Shown here in pieces: positions 1-8,893 of a stretch of DNA of 64,000 nucleotides. Numbering within the stretch: the first letter of the stretch is position 1; the number at the start of each line of letters is the position of its first letter. Made by a program: the position numbers and the translations under genes. The stretch comes from Bacteroidales bacterium. GTDB lineage: Bacteria > Bacteroidota > Bacteroidia > Bacteroidales > UBA3663. Under the pieces are notes generated by a model. The model had not been told where the DNA came from and made no database searches. It was given only the letters and a program-made list of their open reading frames with translations. The DNA lies in NCBI GenBank assembly GCA_045600445.1, contig JAZRXZ010000052.1:18771-82770 (forward strand), written 5' to 3'.

Positions 1-782
1 GCATCGTGATGGTCAAGAACCACGAGAAGGCGCTCCCGATCCAGGAGAAGCAGAAGGTGTACGTAGCCAAGCGTCACTACGTGCCACAGTGGACGTTCTT
101 TGGCATGCAAGGCGAGGACCGTTGGGATTACCCTGTAGACCTCGCATTGGTAGGAAAATACTACGAGGTGGTTGAAAATCCTACAGACGCTGATTTTGCC
201 CTCTGTTTCATCGAGAGCCCAGCCTCAGGCGCTGGCTACGACGTGGCTGACCTCCAGAAGGGCGGCACAGGCTTCCTGCCTATCAGCCTCCAGTATGCCG
301 ATTATAAAGCGGTAGACGCGCGCGAGAAGAGCGTATCGGGCAACAGCATGACCACCCCAGATGGCTCGTATGACTACATGAACCGCACTTATCGCAACAA
401 GACCATTCAGACCTACAATCGCGACGAGATGGCCGTGGTGCAGCAGACCCGCAAGGCGATGGGAGAGAAGCCAGTCATCGTATGCCTCCAGGCCAGCAAG
501 CCTACCGTCCTCACTGGCGTCGAGGAGAATGCCAATGCTATCCTCGTCAGCTTCGGTACTTCTAACCAGCCATTCCTCGACATGATCAGTGGCAAGACTG
601 AGCCTTCGGGCCTCCTCCCTTGCCAGTTCCCTGCTGACATGAAGACCGTGGAGGAGCAGTGCGAGGACGTGCCACGCGACATGACTCCTTACACCGACGC
701 GGATGCTAATAAGTATGACTTCGCCTTCGGTATGAACTGGAGCGGTGTCATCAAGGATGCACGTGTCGAGAAGTATTACTGA
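1..782 (+). CDS. Glycoside hydrolase family 3 (BglX-like), C-terminal part; the 5' end lies outside the window
   Basis: The frame is open to base 1, and the listed M at 6 is an in-frame GTG. The GH3 C-terminal-domain-like sequence (SGLLPCQFPADM...DFAFGMNWSG) is followed by a hairpin plus T-run. Confidence 0.75.
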   Translation, partial: IVMVKNHEKALPIQEKQKVYVAKRHYVPQWTFFGMQGEDRWDYPVDLALVGKYYEVVENPTDADFALCFIESPASGAGYDVADLQKGGTGFLPISLQYADYKAVDAREKSVSGNSMTTPDGSYDYMNRTYRNKTIQTYNRDEMAVVQQTRKAMGEKPVIVCLQASKPTVLTGVEENANAILVSFGTSNQPFLDMISGKTEPSGLLPCQFPADMKTVEEQCEDVPRDMTPYTDADANKYDFAFGMNWSGVIKDARVEKYY

Positions 783-824
783 TCCGTTTTTATAGCTTTC
801 AGCACCTCGCAAGTGCATAAAATA

Positions 825-860
825 ATCGGGCGTTTCCTTGCAAAACGTCCGATTTTTATT
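825..860 (+). terminator. Rho-independent terminator of the partial GH3 gene
   Basis: Hairpin ATCGGGCGTT / AACGTCCGAT (1 mismatch) followed by TTTTT. Confidence 0.65.
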
Positions 861-917
861 GTTTATAGCCTTGCAAAATGCAAGTTTTTATATAGGAGTG
901 ACAATTTATGATGCTCC

Positions 918-1067
918 TTATTGTCTTGTATTCTTTACCCAATCCAGGAAGCTTCCCGGGGTAGCGCATCCAAACTGCTCAAGGTAGTCCATAGCCAACT
1001 GCAGGCTGGCCTTGAGCCCATAATAGTTGTAAGTTTCTTCGATGAGGTTTCTAGCTGCGATTTCCAT
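918..1067 (-). CDS. Hypothetical small protein (49 aa, MEIAARNLIEE...)
   Basis: An exact -7 box (TATCTTTG on the minus strand, 1102-1109) lies inside the longer 68-aa ORF call. The ATG at 1067 is therefore the plausible start. No family recognised. Confidence 0.3.
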   Translation of the reverse strand: MEIAARNLIEETYNYYGLKASLQLAMDYLEQFGCATPGSFLDWVKNTRQ

Positions 1068-1193
1068 AATTATAGTTTTTACTGGTTTTATTTTGATGGC
1101 GCAAAGATAATGAATAAATTTCATTCAGACTATCAAAATTCGTTCATTTTTGCGATTTGCAACATTCTTATAACATTTTTGGATTTGCAAAAT

Positions 1194-1336
1194 GCGCTAC
1201 GCGCTACAGTGCTACAGTTGATATTTTGCCAAAAAACTAGAGAATTTATTCTTTATATATATATTTATATATATAAAAATTTGACTTTGAGTTTTTTCCA
1301 CCAAAAAAATGACTGTAGCACTGTAGCGCGTAGCGC
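1194..1336. repeat. Perfect 25-bp inverted repeat (GCGCTACGCGCTACAGTGCTACAGT at 1194-1218, reverse complement at 1312-1336) around a 93-bp AT-rich spacer
   Basis: Read directly from the sequence. Each arm contains three GTAGC/GCTAC submotifs. A third copy lies at 4054-4079. Confidence 0.9.
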
Positions 1337-1420
1337 TTTGCTTTGAAATTCCGCTGATAATCAGTATGTTATAAATTTCCATTCTTTTCTTAACTCTGTT
1401 TTTGTTTGATTAAGTTGGCT

Positions 1421-1460
1421 AAAAATGCCCCAAAATGCCCCAAAATAACCCAAAATGCCC
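1421..1460. repeat. Four tandem 10-bp units CAAAATGCCC (one variant, CAAAATAACC)
   Basis: Read directly. The A-tracts are phased at 10 bp, which predicts intrinsic bending. Confidence 0.85.
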
Positions 1461-1557
1461 TTAAAAACGAGAAAAGTCCTAAATCAATTTTATTTCACAT
1501 AGCTCATCGTATTTCTTCGTATTTCACACAGCTCATTCTGGTGCGAAAAATTATCCG

Positions 1558-1565
1558 TATCTTTG
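1558..1565 (+). promoter_or_regulatory. Orphan Bacteroidota -7 box TATCTTTG with no credible downstream plus-strand CDS
   Basis: Exact TAnnTTTG match. The downstream plus-strand ORFs are low-complexity and overlap the GH3 terminator region. Confidence 0.4.
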
Positions 1566-1652
1566 CACCGCAAAACAAAAATTCTCTGCCCTCGGGCTCC
1601 ACCATATATACGGTCTTTGACATCTTGTAGTAATAATCGGTTCCCAGAATTT

Positions 1653-1716
1653 CTGGCAAGCAATCCTGCATCAAGAAAGGGTTGTCCGGAAGTGCTGGCA
1701 AGCAATCCTGCATCAA
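1653..1716. repeat. 22-bp direct repeat CTGGCAAGCAATCCTGCATCAA x2 (42-bp period)
   Basis: Read directly. It forms part of a series of degenerate hairpin units downstream of the GH3 stop. Confidence 0.85.
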
Positions 1717-1748
1717 AAAAAGCTTGCCGGGAAGTGCCGACAAGCTTT
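1714..1748 (-). terminator. Rho-independent terminator of the 744-aa GH3 gene
   Basis: On the minus strand: AAAGCTTGTCGG-CACTT-CCCGGCAAGCTTT followed by TTTTTTT. Confidence 0.7.
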
Positions 1749-1784
1749 CTTACATCAGGATAGAAAGATTTGCAGAGTCCTTTT

Positions 1785-4019
1785 TTATTTGATTCTAATC
1801 TCCGCTGTCTGTCGTATATCCTCCGACGATGCGCCGATGAGGAGCTTGACAGGGAGCGATTCGCACACGAAGGCGTGGCGAGCCTCATCCCAGTAGGAGA
1901 GATCTTCCTTGTTGATCGTGAGGGTGACGAGAGACGTCTCGCCAGCCTTGATGTTGACACGAGCGAAGGCGCAGAGCTGCTTGAGAGGGCGGCTCACACG
2001 GCTCTCAGGATAGGTGGCGTAGACCTGGACGACCTCATCGCCATCGAGGCTGCCCGTATTCTTGACAGGCACGGTGAGGGTGACGCTCTGCTTGTCCTGC
2101 TTGAGGTCCTGCACGGCGCTGTACTGGAAGGTTGTGTAGCTCAATCCGTAGCCGAACGGGTAGAGGACGGGCTGATTGAAGTACTGGTAGGTGCGGCCAT
2201 GACGGATATCATAGTCGAGCATGTCGGGCAGGTCAGTGATGTCGCGCACCCAGGTCTGAGTGAGGCGGCCTGCTGGATTGACCTTGCCGAGCAATACATC
2301 GGCCAAGCCCGAGCCCTGCTCCTGGCTGCAGTGGGTGAGGTGCACGATGGCTGGGAGGTGCTCCTGACTCCAGTTGATGGTGTATGGGAAGCTGCTGACC
2401 AAGACGAGCACGGTGTTCTTATTGGCCTTATACATCTGGCGCACGAGGTCTTCGTCAGGGAGCTGGAGGGACTTACGGTCGACGGCTTCGCGTCCGTCGC
2501 TGGGCACAGGAGAGACCTTCCAGTTGCGCGTCGTACCGTATGGATGGTTGCCCACACACACGAGCACCACGTCAGCCTCCTTGGCGAGTCGCTCTGCTTG
2601 GCTCATGGCGTTGCTCGATGCATAGAGGATTTCTACGTCCTTTCCCCACAGATTGCCATTTCGCCCATCTGTTGAGAGCGCCATCTCCAACCCCCGACGT
2701 ATAGTGATGCGATAAGAAGGCTCGCCACCATACCAGTCCGTATCGATGCTGTCAGCCCACTGGCCAATGACTGCGATTTTCTTGATCTTGTCGGCCTTGA
2801 GCGGGAGGATTCCATCGTTCTTGAGCAATACTACCGACTTGGCCGTCACCTCGCGGACGTACTGACGGATGGCAGGGTCTTCCCAAGGCTTAGGCGCCGT
2901 GACGTCCTGTCCGATCTGGAGGTAAGGATTCCGGGTGTCAGGGCCATCGAGCAAACCGAGCTTGAGGGCGGTGTAGAGGTTGCCTCGGATGGCCTTGTCA
3001 ATCTCAGCCTCGGTGACGAGTCCGCGCTGGATGGCTTCGACAATCGACTCACGATAAGGGCTGAGGAACTGACCCACCGTGGTCTTGACCGCAGCCGCTG
3101 AGCCCTCGACCTGCGAAGGGTAGGCGTGATGCGCGTTGACGAGGAGACGCAGGGCGCTACCATCGGTACAGATAATGCCCTTGACGCCCCACTGCTGGCG
3201 TGCGATGGTGTCGTTGGCCGGATGCACCATCATCACGGTGCCGTTCCACTTGTTATAAGCGTCCATGAAACTCTGCGCGCCGCCACGGGTGATACCCATG
3301 TAGAACGGGCGGCTGTAGTACTCGCGGAAGAGGCGCATATCGAAATCGGAAGACGTGCTGTCGCGCCCATCCTCGTTGCTGTTGGCCAGGAAGTGCTTCA
3401 TGAGCGATGCGGTCTTCCAGTAGCGTGGATCATCGCCCTGGAGGCCCCGGATGATGGCCGTGGAGAGGGTGCCGGTGAGGAAGGCGTCTTCGCCAAAGCT
3501 CTCCTCGGTGCGTCCCCAGCGAGGGTCGCGGGCAAGGTCAGCATTCGGAGCACGCATCACGAGCGAATGCTGAGGGCTGAGGGGGCTCTGGAAGTACCAA
3601 CGAGCCTCTTCGGCGGTGATTTCGCCCACGCGCTTGAGGATGTCTACGTCCCAGGTCTCACCGAGGCCGTAAGCCTGCGGGAAGACGGTGGTAGGCTTTG
3701 GGTCGAGGACTTGGGTGCCATCGGGCTTAGTAATCTTGTTCCAACCGCCAGCGCCGCCCAGGGTTAGGCCGTGGAGGCCTTCGAAGTGGCTGCTGTTAGG
3801 AATGCCAAGGCGTGGCACGCCGAGATTGGTGGAGAGGAGGTCAATCTTCTCATCGAGGGTGAGCTGCTTGAGGAGCAGGTCGATGCGCTGATCATCGGTC
3901 TTCTTGAGGTTGCGGAAGGCCAGGGAGTCAGCGGCAGGCTTGGCCTGGAGGGATTGCACAGATCCCCAAAATGAGGATGTGAGGGCCAGGGTGACAAGCA
4001 AGGTAAGGAGCTTTTTCAT
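1785..4019 (-). CDS. Glycoside hydrolase family 3 (beta-glucosidase/beta-xylosidase type), secreted
   Basis: Signal peptide (MKKLLTLLVTLALTSSFWG). GH3 N-terminal region (LTLDEKIDLL...GIPNSSHFEGLHGL), KGIICTDG region and a C-terminal sandwich plus Fn3-like tail. Confidence 0.9.
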   Translation of the reverse strand: MKKLLTLLVTLALTSSFWGSVQSLQAKPAADSLAFRNLKKTDDQRIDLLLKQLTLDEKIDLLSTNLGVPRLGIPNSSHFEGLHGLTLGGAGGWNKITKPDGTQVLDPKPTTVFPQAYGLGETWDVDILKRVGEITAEEARWYFQSPLSPQHSLVMRAPNADLARDPRWGRTEESFGEDAFLTGTLSTAIIRGLQGDDPRYWKTASLMKHFLANSNEDGRDSTSSDFDMRLFREYYSRPFYMGITRGGAQSFMDAYNKWNGTVMMVHPANDTIARQQWGVKGIICTDGSALRLLVNAHHAYPSQVEGSAAAVKTTVGQFLSPYRESIVEAIQRGLVTEAEIDKAIRGNLYTALKLGLLDGPDTRNPYLQIGQDVTAPKPWEDPAIRQYVREVTAKSVVLLKNDGILPLKADKIKKIAVIGQWADSIDTDWYGGEPSYRITIRRGLEMALSTDGRNGNLWGKDVEILYASSNAMSQAERLAKEADVVLVCVGNHPYGTTRNWKVSPVPSDGREAVDRKSLQLPDEDLVRQMYKANKNTVLVLVSSFPYTINWSQEHLPAIVHLTHCSQEQGSGLADVLLGKVNPAGRLTQTWVRDITDLPDMLDYDIRHGRTYQYFNQPVLYPFGYGLSYTTFQYSAVQDLKQDKQSVTLTVPVKNTGSLDGDEVVQVYATYPESRVSRPLKQLCAFARVNIKAGETSLVTLTINKEDLSYWDEARHAFVCESLPVKLLIGASSEDIRQTAEIRIK

Positions 4020-4053
4020 GTTATGATGTTTTATTGGTTGTATTGCATAAAAA

Positions 4054-4079
4054 GCGCTACACGCTACAGTGCTACAGTT
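4054..4079. repeat. Third copy (1 mismatch) of the GTAGC-triplet motif, 35-60 bp upstream of the GH3 start codon
   Basis: GCGCTACACGCTACAGTGCTACAGTTG compared with 1194-1220. Confidence 0.85.
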
Positions 4080-4085
4080 GATTTT

Positions 4086-4838
4086 TTAGTCACTAAGCAC
4101 CAGTTCCACCGGGCAGTGGTCGCTGCCGAGGATTTCGTTGTGGATCTCAGCGCTCTGGAGGCGCTCGCGCAGACGGTCGGAGATGACGAAGTAGTCAATG
4201 CGCCAGCCCACATTCTTCTGACGCGCCTGGAAGCGGTAGGACCACCACGAGTACTTAATCTCGTCAGGATGGAGGAAGCGCCAAGAATCGGTGAACCCAC
4301 GGGAGAGGAGCTGCGTGAATTTCTGTCGCTCTTCGGCGGTGAAGCCAGCGCTCATCGTGTTGGTCTTCGGGTTCTTGAGGTCAATCTCCTCGTGAGCTAC
4401 ATTCATATCGCCGCACACGATGACGGGCTTTTTCTCATCGAGGGCGCGGAGATAGGACTGGAAATCCTCCTCCCACTGCATGCGGTAATCGAGGCGCTTG
4501 AGCCCGTCCTGCGAGTTGGGCGTATAGACGGTGACGAGGTAGAAGTCGGGCATTTCGAGCGTGATGACGCGGCCCTCATGGTCGTGCTCCTCAACGCCTA
4601 TGCCGTAGGTGACACTGAGCGGCTGGTGCTTGGTATAGATGGCTGTGCCAGAATAGCCTTTCTTCTCGGCATAGTTATAGTAGGCCTGATAGCCCTCGAA
4701 CTGTAGGTCGAGCTGGCCCTCCTGCATCTTGGTTTCCTGCAGACAGAAGAAGTCTGCATCGAGCTTACGGAAGTCTTCTTCGAAGTTTTTGCCCACGCAG
4801 GCGCGGAGGCCGTTGACGTTCCATGAAATGAATTTCAT
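4086..4838 (-). CDS. xth: Exodeoxyribonuclease III
   Basis: MKFISWNVNGLRA...CLQETK...GSDHCPV are hallmark EEP/ExoIII motifs over the full length. Confidence 0.95.
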   Translation of the reverse strand: MKFISWNVNGLRACVGKNFEEDFRKLDADFFCLQETKMQEGQLDLQFEGYQAYYNYAEKKGYSGTAIYTKHQPLSVTYGIGVEEHDHEGRVITLEMPDFYLVTVYTPNSQDGLKRLDYRMQWEEDFQSYLRALDEKKPVIVCGDMNVAHEEIDLKNPKTNTMSAGFTAEERQKFTQLLSRGFTDSWRFLHPDEIKYSWWSYRFQARQKNVGWRIDYFVISDRLRERLQSAEIHNEILGSDHCPVELVLSD

Positions 4839-4864
4839 CGGTGATATTTGTTAAATGATTTTGG

Positions 4865-4872
4865 CAAATATA
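4865..4872 (-). promoter_or_regulatory. -7 box (TATATTTG) for xth
   Basis: Exact TAnnTTTG about 26 nt upstream of the ATG at 4838. Confidence 0.55.
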
Positions 4873-4966
4873 AGAAATAATTTCAAATCATGGGTCATTT
4901 GTGCGCAATTTTCCTCGATATTTTACTATTTTTGCACACCTTATTTATTTTATTAGTAAATTTGCA

Positions 4967-4974
4967 CGCGATTT
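4967..4974 (+). promoter_or_regulatory. -7 box (TAAATTTG) for the M13 peptidase gene; a second box TATTTTTG lies at 4927-4934
   Basis: Exact TAnnTTTG about 35 nt upstream of the ATG at 5009. Confidence 0.55.
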
Positions 4975-5008
4975 TAATATATTTACCACATAATTTATAA
5001 TTTCTACA

Positions 5009-7045
5009 ATGAACTTAAAAGGTATTGCGTTTTGGGGTGGAGTAGCTGCAATGGCGCTCTCTTCATGCGCTGGTAAGGTAGCGCAGACAGAGGTGGATCC
5101 TCTCGTTTCGCACATTGACACTACCGTACGTCCTCAGGACGATTTCTTTGACTATGCTACTGGCGCCTGGTTCGCTGAGCATGAGATCGAACCCTCGGAG
5201 AACAGCATGGGTCTCTGGAAGCAGATCGGAGACACGATCAATGCCCAGATCGCCGCTATCTGTCAGCAGGCTGCAGAGAGCCAGAATGAGGCTGGTAGCA
5301 ACAAGCAGAAGATCGGTGACCTTTACTACTCGGGCATGGACACCGCTGCCATCAACCAGAAGGGTCTCGCAGACATCAAGCCTTATCTCGACAAGATTGA
5401 TGCCATGCAGAGCATCAAAGACCTGCCACAGTTAGCTGCTGAGGTGGGGATGATTGCCCGCACGCCATTCTTCTCTGCACATCTCTCACAGGATGATAAG
5501 AACAGCACCCAGTATGTGATGGGCATGAACCAGGGTGGCTTGAGCCTCTCGGGTCGTCGCTTCTATGACGACATGGACGAGCGTGCGCTCAACATCCGCG
5601 CCAAGTTCGTGACCTATATGACCGATATGTTTGTCAACCTCGGCTATGACGCTGACAAGGCTGCTGCTTCGGCTAAGAATGTCATGGAGCTTGAGAACTC
5701 TATGGCTAAGATCTCGCGCAAGGCCGAGGCACTGCGTGACCCATTCGCTAACTATAACAAGATGTCCTTGGCGCAACTCCAGAAGTCAACGCCTGACTTC
5801 GACTGGACCGCTTACTTCACCGCGCAGGGCTATCCTCAGATTGACAGCGTAGTCGTTGGCCAGCCAGAGTACTTCACTCAGCTCAACGGCATCATGAAGA
5901 AGGCTGAGATCAACACGGTGAAGGACTACATGAAGTTCCAGTTCGTTGATGCGCTCGCTGAGTACCTCGATGACAAGACCTACGGCATCAACTTCGACTT
6001 CCGCAGCAAGGTAATGACCGGTGCCCAGGAGCAGCGTCCTCGCTGGAAGCGTTGTGTGGATGTAACCAACCGCGCGCTGGGTGACCTCGTCGGCCAGGTC
6101 TATGTGGCTGAGTATCTGCCAGCTGGCACCAAGGAGAAGTTCATTGAGATCGGCAACGCCATCAAGGCTGAGTTTGCTAACCATATCCAGAACCTCGACT
6201 GGATGAGCGACGTGACCAAAGAGAAGGCCCTCGCTAAGCTCAACGCTGTGAAGATGAAGCTGGCTTATCCTGACAAGTGGAAGGACATGAGCAGCCTTGA
6301 GATCAGCCGCGACTCTTACGTGCAGAATATGATCAACGTGCGCATCTGGAACCACCAGCAGACCGTGGCTAAGTATGGCAAGCCAGTGGACCGTGAGGAG
6401 TGGGGCATGAAGCCTCAGACCTACAACGCATCGTATAGCCCATCGAACAACGCTATCTGCATCCCTGGCTGTAACATCATCGTGCCAGGCTTCAAGGGCA
6501 TGCCTGATGACGCTGTGCTCTATAGCATCATCGGTGGTAGCACCTTCGGCCATGAGATCACCCACGGCTTCGATGATGCGGGCTGCAACTACGACGCAGA
6601 GGGTAACCTCAAGTCATGGTGGACCGAGGAGGACAAGGCTAAGTTCGACGAGAAGACCAAGTTGATTATTGCTCAGTTTGATGGCTATGAGCCACTTCCT
6701 GGCCTCCATATCAATGGCGCTAACACCGCTGGCGAGAACATCGCTGACCTCGGAGGTATCATCATGGGCTTCGAGGCATTCAAGAAGACCAAGCAGTATC
6801 AGGACAACGAGATGATCGGTGGCTTCACCCCAGCACAGCGCTATTTCCTGGCTTACGCTGAGGGTTGGCGCACCATCTACCGCGAAGAGGCTCTGGCTAC
6901 TCGTGTGAAGAGTGACGTGCACTCGCCAGCTAAGTGGCGTGTACTTGGACCTCTGCAGGATCTTGTGGAGTTCTATGAGGCTTTTGATGTGAAGGAGGGT
7001 GACGCTATGTGGCGTCCGGATAGCCTTCGCGTGAAGATCTGGTAA
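5009..7045 (+). CDS. pepO: M13 family zinc metallo-endopeptidase (PepO/neprilysin-like lipoprotein)
   Basis: Zinc-binding HEITHGFD and GENIADLGG motifs, a C-terminal RVKIW tail and a lipoprotein-like signal (ALSSCAG). Confidence 0.9.
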   Translation: MNLKGIAFWGGVAAMALSSCAGKVAQTEVDPLVSHIDTTVRPQDDFFDYATGAWFAEHEIEPSENSMGLWKQIGDTINAQIAAICQQAAESQNEAGSNKQKIGDLYYSGMDTAAINQKGLADIKPYLDKIDAMQSIKDLPQLAAEVGMIARTPFFSAHLSQDDKNSTQYVMGMNQGGLSLSGRRFYDDMDERALNIRAKFVTYMTDMFVNLGYDADKAAASAKNVMELENSMAKISRKAEALRDPFANYNKMSLAQLQKSTPDFDWTAYFTAQGYPQIDSVVVGQPEYFTQLNGIMKKAEINTVKDYMKFQFVDALAEYLDDKTYGINFDFRSKVMTGAQEQRPRWKRCVDVTNRALGDLVGQVYVAEYLPAGTKEKFIEIGNAIKAEFANHIQNLDWMSDVTKEKALAKLNAVKMKLAYPDKWKDMSSLEISRDSYVQNMINVRIWNHQQTVAKYGKPVDREEWGMKPQTYNASYSPSNNAICIPGCNIIVPGFKGMPDDAVLYSIIGGSTFGHEITHGFDDAGCNYDAEGNLKSWWTEEDKAKFDEKTKLIIAQFDGYEPLPGLHINGANTAGENIADLGGIIMGFEAFKKTKQYQDNEMIGGFTPAQRYFLAYAEGWRTIYREEALATRVKSDVHSPAKWRVLGPLQDLVEFYEAFDVKEGDAMWRPDSLRVKIW

Positions 7046-7055
7046 TTAAATAAGT

Positions 7056-8012
7056 ATGATGAAAATAATCAAGTCTTTGATATTGTCTCTTTGTCTTGTG
7101 GCTCTTATGGGCTGCAAGGCAAAGATTGCTTCTACAGAGGAACCATCGGTTTGGGCAGATAGTGCGATGTGGTTCCAGACGGGCGATACGGTCAGTGCCG
7201 ACAAGATCGATTTCTTCTATCTTGTCTCAACCGATGTGATGACTACGCATGATTCGTTGGGCAACGTGCTCTATCGCGCCGTGCTCAATGAAGAGGAGCG
7301 TGCAGCCATTGGCGGTGAGTTCGCGTATGTGAATGAGCACTATAGCCAGGGTGACTATAATTTCTTTGCGCCTTATTATCATCAGTTTAACTTCGAGGCC
7401 ATCGTGCTGCCTAAGGATGAATTCTCCAAGGTCTATGCCGACGTTGCTGCTGAGGTTTGCGAGGCATTTGACTATTATATGAGCCACCTCAACCAGGGCC
7501 GTCCATTCGCCTTGGTGGGTTTCAGTCAGGGCAGCATGTTCATCCGCGATGTGCTGCGGCACATGACCGACGAGCAGTATAGCCAGATGGTGGGTGCCTA
7601 TATGATGGGTTACCGCCTCTCGGCTGAGGACCTCGCTCATCCGCACATCATTGCAGCTCATGATGAGGAGACACGCGGCGTGACGGTTTCTTATAATTCG
7701 GTCATGAACCTTGACGCTGTCTGGCCATTGGTCTCAGAGGGCGCAGTGGATGCTATCAATCCGGTGAACTGGAGGACGGACAATACGCCTGCCCAATTTG
7801 TTTTCTTGGACGACACGCTCACTGTGGCGATGGACGAGGCTTCGCACCAGCTGGTGGTCAACGTGCCTGATCCTACGTTCTATCATGAATGGATGCGCAG
7901 TAACCCGGCTTTCGCGATGGCAAAGGTGCATGAGGATTGTTTGCACCACTGGGACCTGCTGTACTATTCGGATAGGATACATGAGAATATTAGGATTCGC
8001 GCAAGTCACTAA
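7056..8012 (+). CDS. Alpha/beta-hydrolase-like lipoprotein (DUF3089-like)
   Basis: Signal peptide with lipobox (LMGCKA) and nucleophile-elbow-like GFSQGS. The family assignment is from memory only. Confidence 0.5.
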   Translation: MMKIIKSLILSLCLVALMGCKAKIASTEEPSVWADSAMWFQTGDTVSADKIDFFYLVSTDVMTTHDSLGNVLYRAVLNEEERAAIGGEFAYVNEHYSQGDYNFFAPYYHQFNFEAIVLPKDEFSKVYADVAAEVCEAFDYYMSHLNQGRPFALVGFSQGSMFIRDVLRHMTDEQYSQMVGAYMMGYRLSAEDLAHPHIIAAHDEETRGVTVSYNSVMNLDAVWPLVSEGAVDAINPVNWRTDNTPAQFVFLDDTLTVAMDEASHQLVVNVPDPTFYHEWMRSNPAFAMAKVHEDCLHHWDLLYYSDRIHENIRIRASH

Positions 8013-8218
8013 TTATTCAGGTTAAATCTTTTAGCATTCTTTACCTGAGCCTTGAGGCAGTCATGTGTAGCCTTCTCGTTTCTCCAGTTCTGAAGCTCGA
8101 TAGAGATAACACCGATAATCAAAGCAAGGATTACACCACCGAAGAAGATTACTGCCAACCAGTTGTTGCAGAAACAGAGACCCAAAACCAAGATCCAGAG
8201 AATAGAATTTGTTGTCAT
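8009..8218 (-). CDS. Small membrane protein (69 aa, two predicted TM segments)
   Basis: Hydrophobic N-terminal half and its own exact -7 box at 8270-8277. Confidence 0.5.
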   Translation of the reverse strand: MTTNSILWILVLGLCFCNNWLAVIFFGGVILALIIGVISIELQNWRNEKATHDCLKAQVKNAKRFNLNN

Positions 8219-8269
8219 AGTTGTAATTATTTTGTGGCGTATTGCCGTTAATTATTTTTATTTTCGCTG

Positions 8270-8277
8270 CAAAGATA
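8270..8277 (-). promoter_or_regulatory. -7 box (TATCTTTG) for the 69-aa membrane protein gene
   Basis: Exact TAnnTTTG about 52 nt upstream of the ATG at 8218. Confidence 0.5.
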
Positions 8278-8495
8278 GGAGGAGCTTGTAGTATAAGTTG
8301 ATGTACAAGCTCTGAAAAAATGATGAAACGGCCAAAGAAATTTAAGATTTAGGACAAATTGGGACAAGAATCGGTGATAGAGTAATCATTGAGTAATACC
8401 TGGCATAAAGCGCTTAAAAAGTACTTCTTTGATGGCATTATCGGCTCGTAAATATACATTTTACATTAAAATAGCGAATTTTTCTATTAAAATGT

Positions 8496-8873
8496 ATGAT
8501 ATTTAGAGAAAAAACATTATTTTTGTCGAGCTTTTTTGAGAAATTACTAATAAAAAGAACTACTGTGGCGCAAAATTTGAATACCAGAAGACCAGAAGAG
8601 TGTACAAACATCTCGGAGGTCAGACAAGAGATTGATTTGATTGATCAGGAAATCATCCGTCTGCTTTCCACTCGCTTCTCCTATGTACGCGAAGTGGTGA
8701 AGTATAAGGATGGTACAGCCAGTGGCATTGAGGCTAAGGGTCGTCGTGATGAGGTGATCAATACGCGTCGTCAATGGGCTCAGGAGGCAGGACTTGATCC
8801 TGATGCCATTGGAGATATTTATAATCGCCTGGTAGAGTATTTTATCTTTGAGGAAAAGAAACTGGTTAAGTAG
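8496..8873 (+). CDS. Chorismate mutase type II (AroQ) / isochorismate-pyruvate-lyase-like protein
   Basis: AroQ helix-1 pattern ISEVRQEIDLIDQEIIRLLSTRFSYVREV, plus later RRDEVI...YNRLV. The first ~25 codons of the ORF may not be translated; in-frame GTG and TTG lie near 8566-8580. Confidence 0.65.
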   Translation: MIFREKTLFLSSFFEKLLIKRTTVAQNLNTRRPEECTNISEVRQEIDLIDQEIIRLLSTRFSYVREVVKYKDGTASGIEAKGRRDEVINTRRQWAQEAGLDPDAIGDIYNRLVEYFIFEEKKLVK

Positions 8874-8893
8874 AAATTATATTATAATTAAAT

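Noticed and set aside
1770-4000. Plus-strand ORFs of 200-300 aa (1770-2675, 3126-3767, 3771-3974 etc.) opposite the 744-aa GH3 gene. Similar antisense ORFs lie opposite xth, pepO, the 808-aa GH3, the primase-helicase, the SDR, dnaG, relA and the isomerase-like gene.
   Set aside because: They are mirror-frame ORFs typical of GC-rich coding regions. Their composition is skewed to Ala/Arg/Leu/Val, they have no motifs, and each is fully contained in a gene with clear family signatures.
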